64,000 nt of DNA from positions 9,354 to 73,353 of the forward strand of contig JBMORA010000043.1 of NCBI GenBank assembly GCA_049320885.1, given 5' to 3'. The notes beneath the pieces are model-generated. The model did no database searches, was not told the DNA's origin, and saw only the letters and a program-made list of their open reading frames with translations. The stretch's first letter is position 1; each line of letters opens with the position of its first letter. The stretch is from Thermodesulfobacteriota bacterium. GTDB lineage: Bacteria > Desulfobacterota > Desulfobacteria > Desulfobacterales > SURF-7. Positions 20,103-30,481 of the stretch are shown in pieces. The translations under genes and the position numbers were made by a program.

Positions 20103-20909
20103 CTATCCCTCTTTTCGTTTCGAACCGATGCTGGGTGGTGGCGTACCGATCAAACGCCCCTATTGTACCGTCCATGCCGCTGATTGCAACCAGATATTTC
20201 TCACCTCGGCATGCCTGTCGGGAATTCGCCATACCCCCGTGAATCATTGGGGAAAATTCCGACGCCGGATGTTCATAACTTGTCGATAGCAACCGGACGA
20301 CCGTTTCCCGGGCCTCCTCACGATCGCGCTGATCGCCTCTAATCGGCCGATATCGAGAAATTCGATCATACTATTTTCCATCCAGAACGAATTATCGACG
20401 CGGAACACCGGACGACCGCCCCGATTCGCAACCCGCCGTGAAAACAAAATATATATATTTTTTTAATAAATTGTATGATTTATATTTTTAACAGGGCAAC
20501 CCAAAGAAAATGTTAGCTTTTTATTAGCGATCCCTGGGTTATCTCTGAGGCGTGTTAATATTTCATTTTTCATCGAATTTGGGAGATATTCATAGATTTT
20601 TAAAGATATAGGATTTATTCAAGATGATGGAATCCGCGTGCATATAGTTAGAATGCTTCCAAAATGCTTCATGTGAAGAAAAACCGTGTTTCTGAATACT
20701 TGCATTTTTAAATTATTATTTTAATTTCATTTCAAGTAGTTTTATCCGCCATCCGCCCTCCCGGAAAGCGTCTGTAAAACCGAATTTATCCGGTTTGACG
20801 GAAAAGACCCGATACTCTATTGAAGTGCATCTGCTTTTGAAGGGGCGCTTTCACCTTGGCACTGGATCGATTCCAGGGCAAACCGATTGCTGTCCCCAGA
20901 AACATCGTT

Positions 20910-20918
20910 TTATACACA
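20910..20918 (+). promoter_or_regulatory. Single consensus DnaA box (TTATACACA) upstream of the dnaA-like gene
   Basis: Matches TTWTNCACA exactly, about 60 bp before the start codon. Confidence 0.45.
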
Positions 20919-20975
20919 AAACCAAGTTGATCTGTTTTTGAACCGAACCATCTGAACGCTGAGACGACGAGTTGA

Positions 20976-22364
20976 GTGAGTATGAACGCGACCTGGCAAC
21001 AAATCAAAGAAACACTGAAACTCCGATTGCCCGATCATAGTTATCGGATGTGGATTGAGCCGTTGGAATGTGATCGGTTACAGGACGGACAGATTCGACT
21101 GCTCAGTCCCAACCTTTTCCAAAAAAAACGCGTCCAGGAAAATTTCGGCGACATCCTGGAAGATGTGATCCACACCGTCACCGGCAACCATTGCGAACTG
21201 AGCGTGGTGGTGCCGGAAAAACAACACCGAACCGAGACCGCGCGTCCGGCCGAAAAGGGGAAAGACAACCCTCCGGGCATGTACCGGCCCGAAAGCCAGC
21301 AGGAGCTGCCCGCATTTGCCTTTCGTCCCCACTCCGGCCGAATGCTGAGAAAAGATTTTACCTTCGACAATTTTGTCGTCGGCGGCAATAACGATTTCGC
21401 CTATACGGCTTCGTTATCCCTTGCCACCCAGAAGAGCTCCACCCAGAAGTCGCTCTTCCTGCTTTCCAACACGGGCCTGGGGAAAAGCCATCTCTCCCAG
21501 GCCGTGGGCCATCAAATCCTGGCGGACAGACCGCTTGATCGCGTGTATTACATCACGGCGGAAGATTTCGCCATGGAGATGGTCCATGCGTTCCGGCATG
21601 ATGCCATCGACAAATTCAAGGAAAAATATCGAACCCAGTGTGATGTGCTGCTGCTGGAGGATATTCATTTTTTGACAGGCAAGGAACGCACCCAGATTGA
21701 ACTGGCCCAAGCCCTTGACTATCTTCTGGAGGCAAACAAGAAAATCATTTTCACAAGCTGTTACGCGCCAGGAGAGATCCCCAAGCTGAGCGAACAACTT
21801 CGATCCAGATTGTCCTGCGGCCTCATTTCCAATATCGATCCGCCCGGCTTTTCCACACGCGTGCGCATACTCCGCACCAAGGCCAAGAAAAACGGCCATC
21901 AAATCCCGTCGGAAGTGATCGAGTATCTGGCCGGCGAACTGTCCGAAAATGTGCGTCAGCTGGAAAGCGGTCTTTTCGGCGTGATCGCGAAATCCTCCCT
22001 GCTGGGGGCACCCTACAGCCTTGAGCTGGCTGAAAGCGTGGTGAAAAATATCGTACGTCAGAAAATGACCATCACCGTCGATATTATCAAAGCCCTGGTA
22101 TGCAAAAATTTCAGTATCTCCATCAAGGATATCGTATCCAAATCCCGCAAGCAGCAAATCGTCCGGCCGAGACAGATCGCCATTTTTTTGGCCCGGCGGT
22201 ATACCGACCAGCCCCTCCAGGTCATCGGCAAATATTTCAACCGCCAGCATGCCACCGCCATTCATGCCATCACCGCGGTTGAAAACGCCCTGAAAAACGG
22301 CAACGGCCCTGTCAAAAAACAAGTGGAGTATCTCTGCCAAAAATTGGAAACCGGCAATTTTTAG
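20976..22364 (+). CDS. dnaA: DnaA-family replication initiator, probably a divergent second copy
   Basis: Domain I (WIEPL), FTFDNFVVG, Walker A variant SNTGLGKSHL, Walker B variant LLLEDIHFL, LRSRL, NVRQLE, domain IV PRQIAIFLAR...RQHAT. No dnaN or gyrB neighbours. Confidence 0.88.
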   Translation: MSMNATWQQIKETLKLRLPDHSYRMWIEPLECDRLQDGQIRLLSPNLFQKKRVQENFGDILEDVIHTVTGNHCELSVVVPEKQHRTETARPAEKGKDNPPGMYRPESQQELPAFAFRPHSGRMLRKDFTFDNFVVGGNNDFAYTASLSLATQKSSTQKSLFLLSNTGLGKSHLSQAVGHQILADRPLDRVYYITAEDFAMEMVHAFRHDAIDKFKEKYRTQCDVLLLEDIHFLTGKERTQIELAQALDYLLEANKKIIFTSCYAPGEIPKLSEQLRSRLSCGLISNIDPPGFSTRVRILRTKAKKNGHQIPSEVIEYLAGELSENVRQLESGLFGVIAKSSLLGAPYSLELAESVVKNIVRQKMTITVDIIKALVCKNFSISIKDIVSKSRKQQIVRPRQIAIFLARRYTDQPLQVIGKYFNRQHATAIHAITAVENALKNGNGPVKKQVEYLCQKLETGNF

Positions 22365-22395
22365 CAGTACCCGAAAATGATTCCGGGATTCGAAG

Positions 22396-23796
22396 ATGAG
22401 GGCCATGATGTCGCCGCTCAGCCATCGGACCTTCCAAAAAATAAGGCAAATCGTCGGCAAGGACCATTGCACACGGGAAAAAGAAGATCTATTGTGTTAT
22501 GCCTACGACGCCACAGCTCGTCATTTTCTGCCGGATGCGGTCGTATTCCCGGGAAGCCGTGATGACATCTCGGCGTTGATGGCGCTCTCCTACGCGGATC
22601 ATTTTTGTATCACCCCTCGCGGAGCGGGCTCCGGGATGACCGGCGGCAGTCTCCCGGTTCAGGGCGGCGTCGTCATGGTGCTGTCCAGACTTAACCGCAT
22701 CCTTGAAATCGATTGCGACAATCTCATCGCCCACGTCGAACCGGGCGTGGTCACCTCCCGCTTCCATCAGGCGGTTGAACAGCTGGGCCTTTTTTATCCG
22801 CCGGATCCGGCCAGTTCTGATTTTTCGACACTCGGCGGCAACCTGGCGGAATGCGCCGGCGGACCGCGGGCCGTCAAATACGGTGTCACCCGGGATTATG
22901 TACTCGGCCTGGAGGCCGTGTTGCCCGGCGGCGCGTGTATCCGCCTGGGGGTTCAAACAGCCAAAGGCGTCGTCGGTTATGATGTCACCAGACTCATTGT
23001 CGGATCGGAAGGCACCCTGGCTGTCATCACCTGCATGACCCTGCGGCTGCTGCCCAAGCCCGCGACCGTCAAAACCATGATCGCCGTCTTCGCGCAAATG
23101 GAAAGCGCCGCCACCGCCGTTGCGGAGATTCTGCGCCGGGGCATCATTCCCCGCGCCATCGAGTACATGGATAATGCGTCCATCCGTTGCGTGGATACCT
23201 ATCTCAACAGCGGGCTGCCGATATCCGCCGGTGCCATTCTGATACTGGAAGTGGACGGCGACATAGAAAGTGTGGAACGATCCGCGGAAAAACTCCGGAA
23301 ACTGTGTCAGTCCCAGGGGGCCACGGCTGTTCAGGTCGCCGAAACGGAAGCGGAACGGGCCGCTCTCTGGAAAGCCCGGAAGGCGATATCGCCGGCCCTG
23401 TATCAGTACGGCCCGGACAAAATCAACGAGGATATCGTGGTTCCCAAAAACCGCATTCCGGACATGGTCCGCAAAATCGCCCAATTACAGTCCGAAACAG
23501 GATTGACCATGGCCAGTTTCGGTCACGCGGGGGACGGGAATATTCATGTGAACATCATCCTGGATAAAAAAAACGGAGGGGACCTGCAAAAAGCGGAGAC
23601 CGCCGTGCATACCCTTTTTGATTATACTCTTGAGCTGGGAGGGACCATTTCCGGGGAGCATGGCGTCGGGATAACCAAATCGCCGTATATTGAAAAGGAA
23701 ATCGGACCGGTGGAACTTTCCCTGATGAAAGCGATCAAAACGGTTTTCGACCCCAAGGGGCTGCTCAATCCGGGGAAAATATTTCCTGTATCATAA
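22396..23796 (+). CDS. glcD: FAD-linked oxidase, GlcD / D-lactate dehydrogenase family
   Basis: PRGAGSG, YPPDPAS, KYGVTRDYV, GSEGTL, GHAGDGNIH, GEHGVG, LNPGK. Confidence 0.88.
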   Translation: MRAMMSPLSHRTFQKIRQIVGKDHCTREKEDLLCYAYDATARHFLPDAVVFPGSRDDISALMALSYADHFCITPRGAGSGMTGGSLPVQGGVVMVLSRLNRILEIDCDNLIAHVEPGVVTSRFHQAVEQLGLFYPPDPASSDFSTLGGNLAECAGGPRAVKYGVTRDYVLGLEAVLPGGACIRLGVQTAKGVVGYDVTRLIVGSEGTLAVITCMTLRLLPKPATVKTMIAVFAQMESAATAVAEILRRGIIPRAIEYMDNASIRCVDTYLNSGLPISAGAILILEVDGDIESVERSAEKLRKLCQSQGATAVQVAETEAERAALWKARKAISPALYQYGPDKINEDIVVPKNRIPDMVRKIAQLQSETGLTMASFGHAGDGNIHVNIILDKKNGGDLQKAETAVHTLFDYTLELGGTISGEHGVGITKSPYIEKEIGPVELSLMKAIKTVFDPKGLLNPGKIFPVS

Positions 23797-23807
23797 CCAA
23801 TCGAAAC

Positions 23808-24005
23808 TTACTGCATTATCTCAGAATACCCTTCCGGAAACAGCAGGTCTTCCAGCAAATCCATATGGGCGCTCTGATCTTGTTCAACCGCGCAGCGCAG
23901 GCGCAGCACGCAGTATTTCCGGCAAACCGGATCGGCGACATTGAAATTGCCGAAACACCCCATATGATCATCCAGCTTATCGGATTTACGAAGAATTTTT
24001 ATCAT
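23808..24005 (-). CDS. Small Cys-rich hypothetical protein
   Basis: 65 aa with four Cys (CFG...CRKYC...RC). Its start overlaps the suhB stop (ATGA), and it fills the gap to the convergent glcD. Confidence 0.6.
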   Translation of the reverse strand: MIKILRKSDKLDDHMGCFGNFNVADPVCRKYCVLRLRCAVEQDQSAHMDLLEDLLFPEGYSEIMQ

Positions 24006-24790
24006 GTCAACTGTTGTAACTCCAGCAGGGAAATCATTTCACGATGGATTCTGCCGTTGGTCGCCAGAAGTTCCTGGCTTTCCATTGTGAAGGGTTGATT
24101 CGCGAAATCGGTGATCGCGGCACCGGCCTCACGGGCGATAACGACCCCGGCGGACGTGTCCCAGGGTTTGAGCTGCTGTTCCCAGAAGCCATCAAAACGC
24201 CCGCAGGCGACATAGCACAGATCGAGAGCGGCCGATCCCAGTCTGCGAACACCCCTTGCCGCCGCCAGGCAATTTTCAAAACGGACCATCAAGGGTTTCA
24301 GAATCGTTTTCAGGCTGTATGGAAAGCCGGTTACCAGCAGGCTCTCCGCAACAGCCGGGGCATCGGAAACATGGATCCCGCACCCGTTCAGCTCCGCGCC
24401 TTTACCCTTCAGTCCGGTGAACAGTTCCCCGCTCACCGGATTCAGCACGACTCCCATGACCAGGTCGCCTCGATATTCAAAAGCGATGGACACGGCGAAC
24501 AGACCCAGCTGGTGAGCGAAATTGGTCGTGCCGTCCAGGGGATCGATGATCCACCTGCAGTCTTCGCGCCCATCGGCGCGACCCGTTTCCTCGGCCAGAA
24601 CGGAATGGTCGGGAAAATCAGCCTTGATCACATCGATGATCACTTTTTCAGACTCCAGATCCGCTTCCGTGACCAGATCGATGGCCCCTTTTTTGCGGAT
24701 CCGGGTGATGCGGCCCAGGCGCTCATGGAGAATCCGTCCGCTCCGGTAAGCAGCCCGGATGCCGACTCTTTTTACGTGTTCCAGGTCCAT
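24002..24790 (-). CDS. suhB: Inositol monophosphatase family protein
   Basis: DLVTEAD, WIIDPLDGTTNF, RRLGSAALDL, PWDTSAG. Confidence 0.95.
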   Translation of the reverse strand: MDLEHVKRVGIRAAYRSGRILHERLGRITRIRKKGAIDLVTEADLESEKVIIDVIKADFPDHSVLAEETGRADGREDCRWIIDPLDGTTNFAHQLGLFAVSIAFEYRGDLVMGVVLNPVSGELFTGLKGKGAELNGCGIHVSDAPAVAESLLVTGFPYSLKTILKPLMVRFENCLAAARGVRRLGSAALDLCYVACGRFDGFWEQQLKPWDTSAGVVIAREAGAAITDFANQPFTMESQELLATNGRIHREMISLLELQQLT

Positions 24791-24908
24791 ATTCGTCGTA
24801 TGTTTAATATCCTTTTACGCCCCCTGTCAACCCCAATCGTCCATTTTCATCAATATACGGCATGGATATTCAAATACAAGCCCATGATGTTGTAGTCGGC
24901 CGGCTTCT

Positions 24909-26603
24909 TCAAAAACAATCGGATTCCGGCTCCCCGGAATCGCCTTCCGGGCCGGGAAAAGACGGGCGGCCGGCTTCCGATTTCGAAAGAATCATCTCCT
25001 CCATACGTTCGATCAGCGGGAGAAGGGAGTGGCGCAGCCGGGCGGAAACCGGAATCCCATCGTAGCGCTTTGCCAGGTTGGCGACATATTCCGGTTCCAG
25101 CAGGTCTTGTTTGTTGAGCACGGTGATCATCGGCTTGGATTGCAGCCCCAGGTCCGACAAAATGGTCTCCACCGCCGCGATCTGTTCGGCATGGCGGGGA
25201 TTGCTGATATCGATCACGTGGAGCAGGAGGTCGGCGTAGGTCAGTTCTTCCAGGGTGGCCCGGAAGGCCACGATCAGTTCCTTGGGGAGGGCGCGGATGA
25301 AGCCCACCGTATCGGTGATGATGACTTCCAGATCCCGGGGAAACCGCAACCTCCGGCTGGAGGGATCCAGCGTGGCGAACAGGCGGTTCTCCGTCAGGAC
25401 CTCGCTGTGGGTCAGGGTGTTCAACAAGGTCGACTTGCCGGCATTGGTATAACCGACAATGGAAATAATCGGCAGCTCCCGTTTACGGCGGCGGGATTTT
25501 TGTTGCAGCCGCTGCTTTTTCAGCAATTCCAGGGAATCCTCCAGCCGGGAGATTCGGTCCCGGACACGCCGCCGGTTGATTTCCAGTTTTGTCTCCCCGG
25601 GTCCGCGCCCGCCGATGCCGCCGGTTAAACGGGACATGGCGGTATTTTTGGTGACCAGTCGCGGCAGCAGGTATTTCAATTGGGCCAGTTCCACCTGCAG
25701 CTTCCCTTCCCGGGACTGGGCGCGTTGGGCGAAGATATCCAGGATCAACTGGGTGCGATCGATGACCTTCAGATCAACCTGGTCGGTGATGGAACGAATC
25801 TGGGAGGGGTTCAACTCCTGATCGAAGACCAAAAGGGTCACGCCTTTCTGGAGCGCCGTCACGACGATTTCCCCCAGTTTCCCCCGGCCCAACAAAAAAC
25901 GGGGATCGATTTTCTTGCGTTTCTGGCAGATGCATCCAAGAATCTGGATCCCGCCCGAATGGGCCAACTCCGTCAGTTCCGCCAGGGATTCCTCGGCGTT
26001 CTGTTTCGGGGATGTCGTCACGCTCACCAGCAGGGCCCTTTCAGAGGAAAAATCCGCGTTGAGCACGGACCCCAGATGGGCGATCTCGGTTTCAAGTGCC
26101 CTGAACAGCTCCAGACAGCCGATGTCCAACCGCTGGACGGGCAGCGGCGGCATGAGATGATACATGGCGGAATCATCCAGGCCGGGCTGGATATGAGCCG
26201 TCAGAACATGGCGGGGCGCTCCGTCCCTGGTGATCAGCACCGCCGCCATCAAATCAAGCCGCAGCAATGCCAGATCCGTCAGATCGTCCTGGGTCAAGGG
26301 TTCTTCATTCAGATGGGTGTGAACACAGCGCAGCCCTTTCAAGCGGCCCGGCGCGGACCGGTAATCACTGAGATCCGGGATCAGGATTTTCTGGTGATCG
26401 CCGATGATGACATGTTCGATGTCGCCGCCGCGGCTGATCAGCAAGCCGATTTGCCGTTGAATTTCATGGGAAAGCAGGCAGATGTCCCGGGCCAGTTCCT
26501 GGGAAACGATCCATTCCGGTCGGGTTTTGCGGCGGTATAGATTTTCAAGCTTGCGCAACTGCTCGGCTTTTAAACCGCCTGTATTTCCGTGGACTTTCTT
26601 CAT
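24909..26603 (-). CDS. hflX: GTPase HflX (long form)
   Basis: LILDIFAQRA, GRGPGETKLE, GYTNAGKST, LFATLD, DTVGF, NKQD. Confidence 0.96.
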   Translation of the reverse strand: MKKVHGNTGGLKAEQLRKLENLYRRKTRPEWIVSQELARDICLLSHEIQRQIGLLISRGGDIEHVIIGDHQKILIPDLSDYRSAPGRLKGLRCVHTHLNEEPLTQDDLTDLALLRLDLMAAVLITRDGAPRHVLTAHIQPGLDDSAMYHLMPPLPVQRLDIGCLELFRALETEIAHLGSVLNADFSSERALLVSVTTSPKQNAEESLAELTELAHSGGIQILGCICQKRKKIDPRFLLGRGKLGEIVVTALQKGVTLLVFDQELNPSQIRSITDQVDLKVIDRTQLILDIFAQRAQSREGKLQVELAQLKYLLPRLVTKNTAMSRLTGGIGGRGPGETKLEINRRRVRDRISRLEDSLELLKKQRLQQKSRRRKRELPIISIVGYTNAGKSTLLNTLTHSEVLTENRLFATLDPSSRRLRFPRDLEVIITDTVGFIRALPKELIVAFRATLEELTYADLLLHVIDISNPRHAEQIAAVETILSDLGLQSKPMITVLNKQDLLEPEYVANLAKRYDGIPVSARLRHSLLPLIERMEEMILSKSEAGRPSFPGPEGDSGEPESDCF

Positions 26604-26635
26604 AACGGGAAAGGTCGGCCCTTCGGGCGGGACGG

Positions 26636-28012
26636 CTACCGGCCGGTATAGTCCCCTGATTCCAGGTTTTCAAATCGCGTATAGGCGTTCAGGAATGCCA
26701 GAAAAGCCGTTCCCACGGGGCCATTGCGCTGTTTGCCGACAATGATTTCCGCCTTCCCGCGATTGGGGTTGTTTTCGTCCTTGTTGTACACTTCATCCCG
26801 ATAAATAAAGGCCACGAGATCAGCGTCCTGTTCCAACGCGCCGGACTCCCGCAGATCGGAAAGCATCGGGCGTTTGTCGCTGCGCTGTTCCAGCATCCGG
26901 TTGAGCTGGGAAAGAGCGATCACCGGAACGCTCAATTCCTTGGCCAGGCCTTTCAGGGACCGGGAAATTTCCGATATTTCCAGATCCCGGCGTTCCCCGG
27001 ACTTGCGCACCCGCATGAGTTGAAGATAGTCGATGATGATCAACCCGAGCCCTTTTTCCATTTTCAGGCGTCTGGATTTGGCCCGTATATCCATGGCCGT
27101 TATATCCGGCGAGTCATCGATGAAAATAGGCGCATGGCCGAACAGGCTGGCCGCGTCCGTCAGCCGGTTCCAATCCTCCTTGCTGAAAAACCCGCCGCGC
27201 AGCCGCGCGGAATCAATGCGGGCCTCGGCGGTCAACAGCCGCATGGAAAGCTGTTCCTTGGACATTTCCAGGGAAAAAATCGCCACCGGCACACCATGGT
27301 CCACGGCGGCGTTGCGGGCGATATTCAGGGCGAAGGAGGTCTTCCCCATGGAGGGCCGCGCGGCCAGAATGATCAGATCGGAGTTCTGGAAGCCGGATGT
27401 CATGTTATCCAGCCGGGCAAAACCGGAGGGAATCCCGGTCAGCATGGATTTATCCGCCTGGCGCTCCTCGAGGGCATAAATGTTGTCCGTCACGAGTTCG
27501 CTGATGGGATGGAAATCCTTCTTGGTCTTTTTTTCCGAAATGGCGAAAATCGCCTGTTCAGCGGAATCGATGATTTCATCGACATTGCCGCGGTCCTCGA
27601 AACAGCTTTGAACGATCTGGTTGGCGTTTTCGATCAGACGGCGGAGGGACGATTTGTCGCGGATGATCCCGGCATAGTGAACCGGATTGACCGCCAGCGG
27701 GACGGTATCCAGCAGGCTTGCCAGATAGGCGCTGCCGCCGACCTTTTCCAGCAGGCCTTTTTCCTTCAGACGGTTCGCCAGGGTTACCGAATCCACGGGT
27801 TCCCCCTGGGTGAACAACTCCTCTATGGCGGCAAATATGTTCTGGTGCGCTTTCCGGTAAAAATCCTCCGGCTTCAGGATTTCGATAATATCAAACAGCG
27901 TGCTGTTATCGATCAGGATGGAACTCAGGATGGCGGCTTCGGCCTCAATGTTCTGGGGCGGCAGCTTCTGGAGAGCGATATCGGACTGGTTTTTCGGTTC
28001 CTTGTCATTCAT
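26636..28012 (-). CDS. dnaB: Replicative DNA helicase
   Basis: PPQNIEAE, AARPSMGKT, IIDYLQL, LSQLNR, DLRESGALEQDAD, KQRNGP. No intein. ATG 28012 is preferred to the upstream TTG at 28078. Confidence 0.97.
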   Translation of the reverse strand: MNDKEPKNQSDIALQKLPPQNIEAEAAILSSILIDNSTLFDIIEILKPEDFYRKAHQNIFAAIEELFTQGEPVDSVTLANRLKEKGLLEKVGGSAYLASLLDTVPLAVNPVHYAGIIRDKSSLRRLIENANQIVQSCFEDRGNVDEIIDSAEQAIFAISEKKTKKDFHPISELVTDNIYALEERQADKSMLTGIPSGFARLDNMTSGFQNSDLIILAARPSMGKTSFALNIARNAAVDHGVPVAIFSLEMSKEQLSMRLLTAEARIDSARLRGGFFSKEDWNRLTDAASLFGHAPIFIDDSPDITAMDIRAKSRRLKMEKGLGLIIIDYLQLMRVRKSGERRDLEISEISRSLKGLAKELSVPVIALSQLNRMLEQRSDKRPMLSDLRESGALEQDADLVAFIYRDEVYNKDENNPNRGKAEIIVGKQRNGPVGTAFLAFLNAYTRFENLESGDYTGR

Positions 28013-28129
28013 ACGGCTGCGTGTGGCATGCTGTTGCCGACCGGAGTCGGCGGCCTGCGGTTCGAATATCGCAGGCAACGATGGAACTCTCCGGAAAGAG
28101 CCGCGACGCTTGCACTTTTCGGCTCAACG

Positions 28130-28153
28130 ATGCGGGCGGCTGTCCGCCCGCAT
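28130..28153. repeat. Perfect GC-rich hairpin in the rplI-dnaB spacer
   Basis: ATGCGGGCGG-CTGT-CCGCCCGCAT, 10-bp stem with no U tract. Confidence 0.55.
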
Positions 28154-28220
28154 GACGACATATGGGGATCACCATCCGAAAGCGTGGACGGGGTCCGGCC
28201 CTTTCCGGACGAATCGGACG

Positions 28221-28664
28221 TTATTCCGCAACCACTTCAACGGTAATTTCAGGCTTGACGCCTTTATATACCCGCACCGGAATCTGGAAACTGCCGATGG
28301 TTTTGATCGGCTCCGGCATCAGCACCATCCGTTTTTCGACCTTGATGCCCTGGCTTTCGAGGGCGGTCATGACATCATGGATGGTGATGGAGCCATACAG
28401 CTTGCCTTCTTCGCTGACCTTGGCGGACAGCTTGCAGGTGACGCCCTCCAGCCGCTTGGCCATCTGTTCGGCTATTTCGCGTTCCTTGGCGATCTGCAGT
28501 TCCAATTTGACGCGCTCCAGTTCCAGGACCTTGCGGTTCTGGGGTGTATCCAGGACCGCCTTGCCCTGGGGCAGCAGATAATTGCGCGCATATCCGGCCG
28601 ATACTTGCACCTCGGAGCCGATGATGCCGAGGGATTCGATGGTTTCCTTCAATATGACTTTCAT
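28221..28664 (-). CDS. rplI: 50S ribosomal protein L9
   Basis: MKVIL...GYARNYLLP, GKLYGSIT. Confidence 0.98.
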   Translation of the reverse strand: MKVILKETIESLGIIGSEVQVSAGYARNYLLPQGKAVLDTPQNRKVLELERVKLELQIAKEREIAEQMAKRLEGVTCKLSAKVSEEGKLYGSITIHDVMTALESQGIKVEKRMVLMPEPIKTIGSFQIPVRVYKGVKPEITVEVVAE

Positions 28665-28764
28665 AGGTTTCCTCCACTCCGATAAAACGTTTCCTTCTGA
28701 AACGGCATTCTAAAACGAATTGATACCTTCCATATGCCATGCGTCATCTGGCGACGCCGGCAGC

Positions 28765-29718
28765 TCAGCCAACGGGTTTTTCCATGCCCAGTCTTCTGAA
28801 ATTCAACCAGACATCAAAAAAACCGATTCCGGCGATGAGCAATACCAAAAGCTGCTGCAGGACGATCAGGGCGTACAGAAAAACCCTCGCCGGACGCGGC
28901 AGTTGCTTTTTCTCGAAATAAAACGAAACGATGGCGATTCCTTGAAAAAAATACACCACCAAAAAAACAATAAAACCGTTGGCCGCCAGCAGGCGCAGGG
29001 TTTGTCCGGCCAGAAGCATCCCGAGACAGCAGAGGATCACGCCCCACACCAAAATCTCAGGCGATCTCCATTGATTCAGCGGACCGAAATCCCCTGCGAC
29101 CATTTCCTTCCGGCGCAGGATCGGCCGGGCGATCAGGAGATTCATCCAGGTGACCACCAGGGTCATCGCGATCACCAGGGCCGGAATGATGCGCACGAAA
29201 ATATACTCAATCCGCTTCAAGGAACCGGTGATCAGTTGAATCTCCTGCTGCGGCATGCCCATGTTTTCGTACAGTGCCACCGTCATTTCCATGTTCCGGC
29301 TCACGTAATCCGCAACCAGGGTGAAAAAACCCGTTTGCAGGGAATGGCTGTAGGCGGCCAGACCGAGAAGACCGGCGCCGATCACCACGCCGGTGGGGTA
29401 GAGAACGGTTTTTTCGACGGACAGATTCCGTTCCATGCATTCGGCCAGTGCAAAACCGATGAGCATCAATCCGCCAAAAAAAATGCGGTCAATGCCGCCG
29501 CTGCCCCCCCCGGTCATGATGACAGCCGTGACGGCCGCCACGACGGCGGCATTGCCCCTGCCGAGTTTGAGCCGGTAAAACAGCAGGGCCGCGGGAAGGA
29601 ACAAGGCGAAAAAGAAACCGACCACCGGTATAAAAACCGCAATTCCCATGATCAGACAGGTAACGGCGATGCCACCGATGATTCCCCTCGAGGTCTCTCC
29701 CCGGGCAGCTTGAGGCAC
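28765..29718 (-). CDS. YybS / DUF2232 family membrane protein
   Basis: Multi-TM with FQGIAI and GFFDVWLNFR; occupies the usual position between rpsR and rplI. Confidence 0.85.
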   Translation of the reverse strand: MPQAARGETSRGIIGGIAVTCLIMGIAVFIPVVGFFFALFLPAALLFYRLKLGRGNAAVVAAVTAVIMTGGGSGGIDRIFFGGLMLIGFALAECMERNLSVEKTVLYPTGVVIGAGLLGLAAYSHSLQTGFFTLVADYVSRNMEMTVALYENMGMPQQEIQLITGSLKRIEYIFVRIIPALVIAMTLVVTWMNLLIARPILRRKEMVAGDFGPLNQWRSPEILVWGVILCCLGMLLAGQTLRLLAANGFIVFLVVYFFQGIAIVSFYFEKKQLPRPARVFLYALIVLQQLLVLLIAGIGFFDVWLNFRRLGMEKPVG

Positions 29719-29753
29719 GCTTGCTTCTCCTTAACGCTTACGATGCCTGAATA

Positions 29754-30017
29754 TCACGAATCAAAGGCGCCGACATACGGCAGCAGCGCAATCGTCCGCG
29801 CGCGCTTGATGGAAGTCGTCAATGCGCGCTGATGGCGGGCGCAGGTTCCGGATATGCGCCGCGGAATGATCTTGCCGCGTTCGGTAATGAAATAACGCAG
29901 GGTCTTTGTATCCTTATAATCAATCATCAGGCTGCTGTCGGCACAGAAACGGCAGACTTTCCGGCGGTGGTAGAAATTTTTCTTTTTACGGGGTTTTTCG
30001 AATTTTTCGTCTTTCAT
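29754..30017 (-). CDS. rpsR: 30S ribosomal protein S18
   Basis: [29 protein letters not shown]. Confidence 0.98.
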   Translation of the reverse strand: MKDEKFEKPRKKKNFYHRRKVCRFCADSSLMIDYKDTKTLRYFITERGKIIPRRISGTCARHQRALTTSIKRARTIALLPYVGAFDS

Positions 30018-30028
30018 GGGACCATCCT

Positions 30029-30478
30029 TTATTCTTCGTCTTCGGTTTGTGTTCCGGGTTCATCTTCCTCGTCGGATTTTTCGGCATCCATGGCCCCCGA
30101 CGACTTCTTCTCGACGCTTCCTTCAGCGGCCGCGGCCCGGGCGGTTTCTTCCTTCTGGGCCAGTTCCACTTTCAGTTTTTCGAGATCGACATCCGGATTC
30201 AGCAGGATGGTCATAAATTTCAACACGCGGTCATCGATCCGGAACGAACGTTCCACTTCGTCCACCATGGCGCCGTTGCCACAGTAATCCATGCGGACAT
30301 AGTGACCGCGATTTTTCTTCTTGATCTCATAGGCCAGTTTGCGGCTTCCCCATACATCGAAAGTCGCCATGAATCCATCAAAACTCGAGACAATGTCCTT
30401 TGTTTTGCTGAAAACCTGTTCCCGGTCCTGTTCGCCCAGATCCGGATCGGTGATAAAAATGGTTTCGTAACGTCGCAT
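30029..30478 (-). CDS. rpsF: 30S ribosomal protein S6
   Basis: [21 protein letters not shown], acidic tail. Confidence 0.98.
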   Translation of the reverse strand: MRRYETIFITDPDLGEQDREQVFSKTKDIVSSFDGFMATFDVWGSRKLAYEIKKKNRGHYVRMDYCGNGAMVDEVERSFRIDDRVLKFMTILLNPDVDLEKLKVELAQKEETARAAAAEGSVEKKSSGAMDAEKSDEEDEPGTQTEDEE

Positions 30479-30481
30479 ACG

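Noticed and set aside
20103..20975. oriC
   Set aside because: Only one consensus DnaA box and no dnaN/gyrB context; kept as a regulatory region only.
30018..30028. No ssb or priB between rpsF and rpsR
   Set aside because: This is a common arrangement in deltaproteobacteria.
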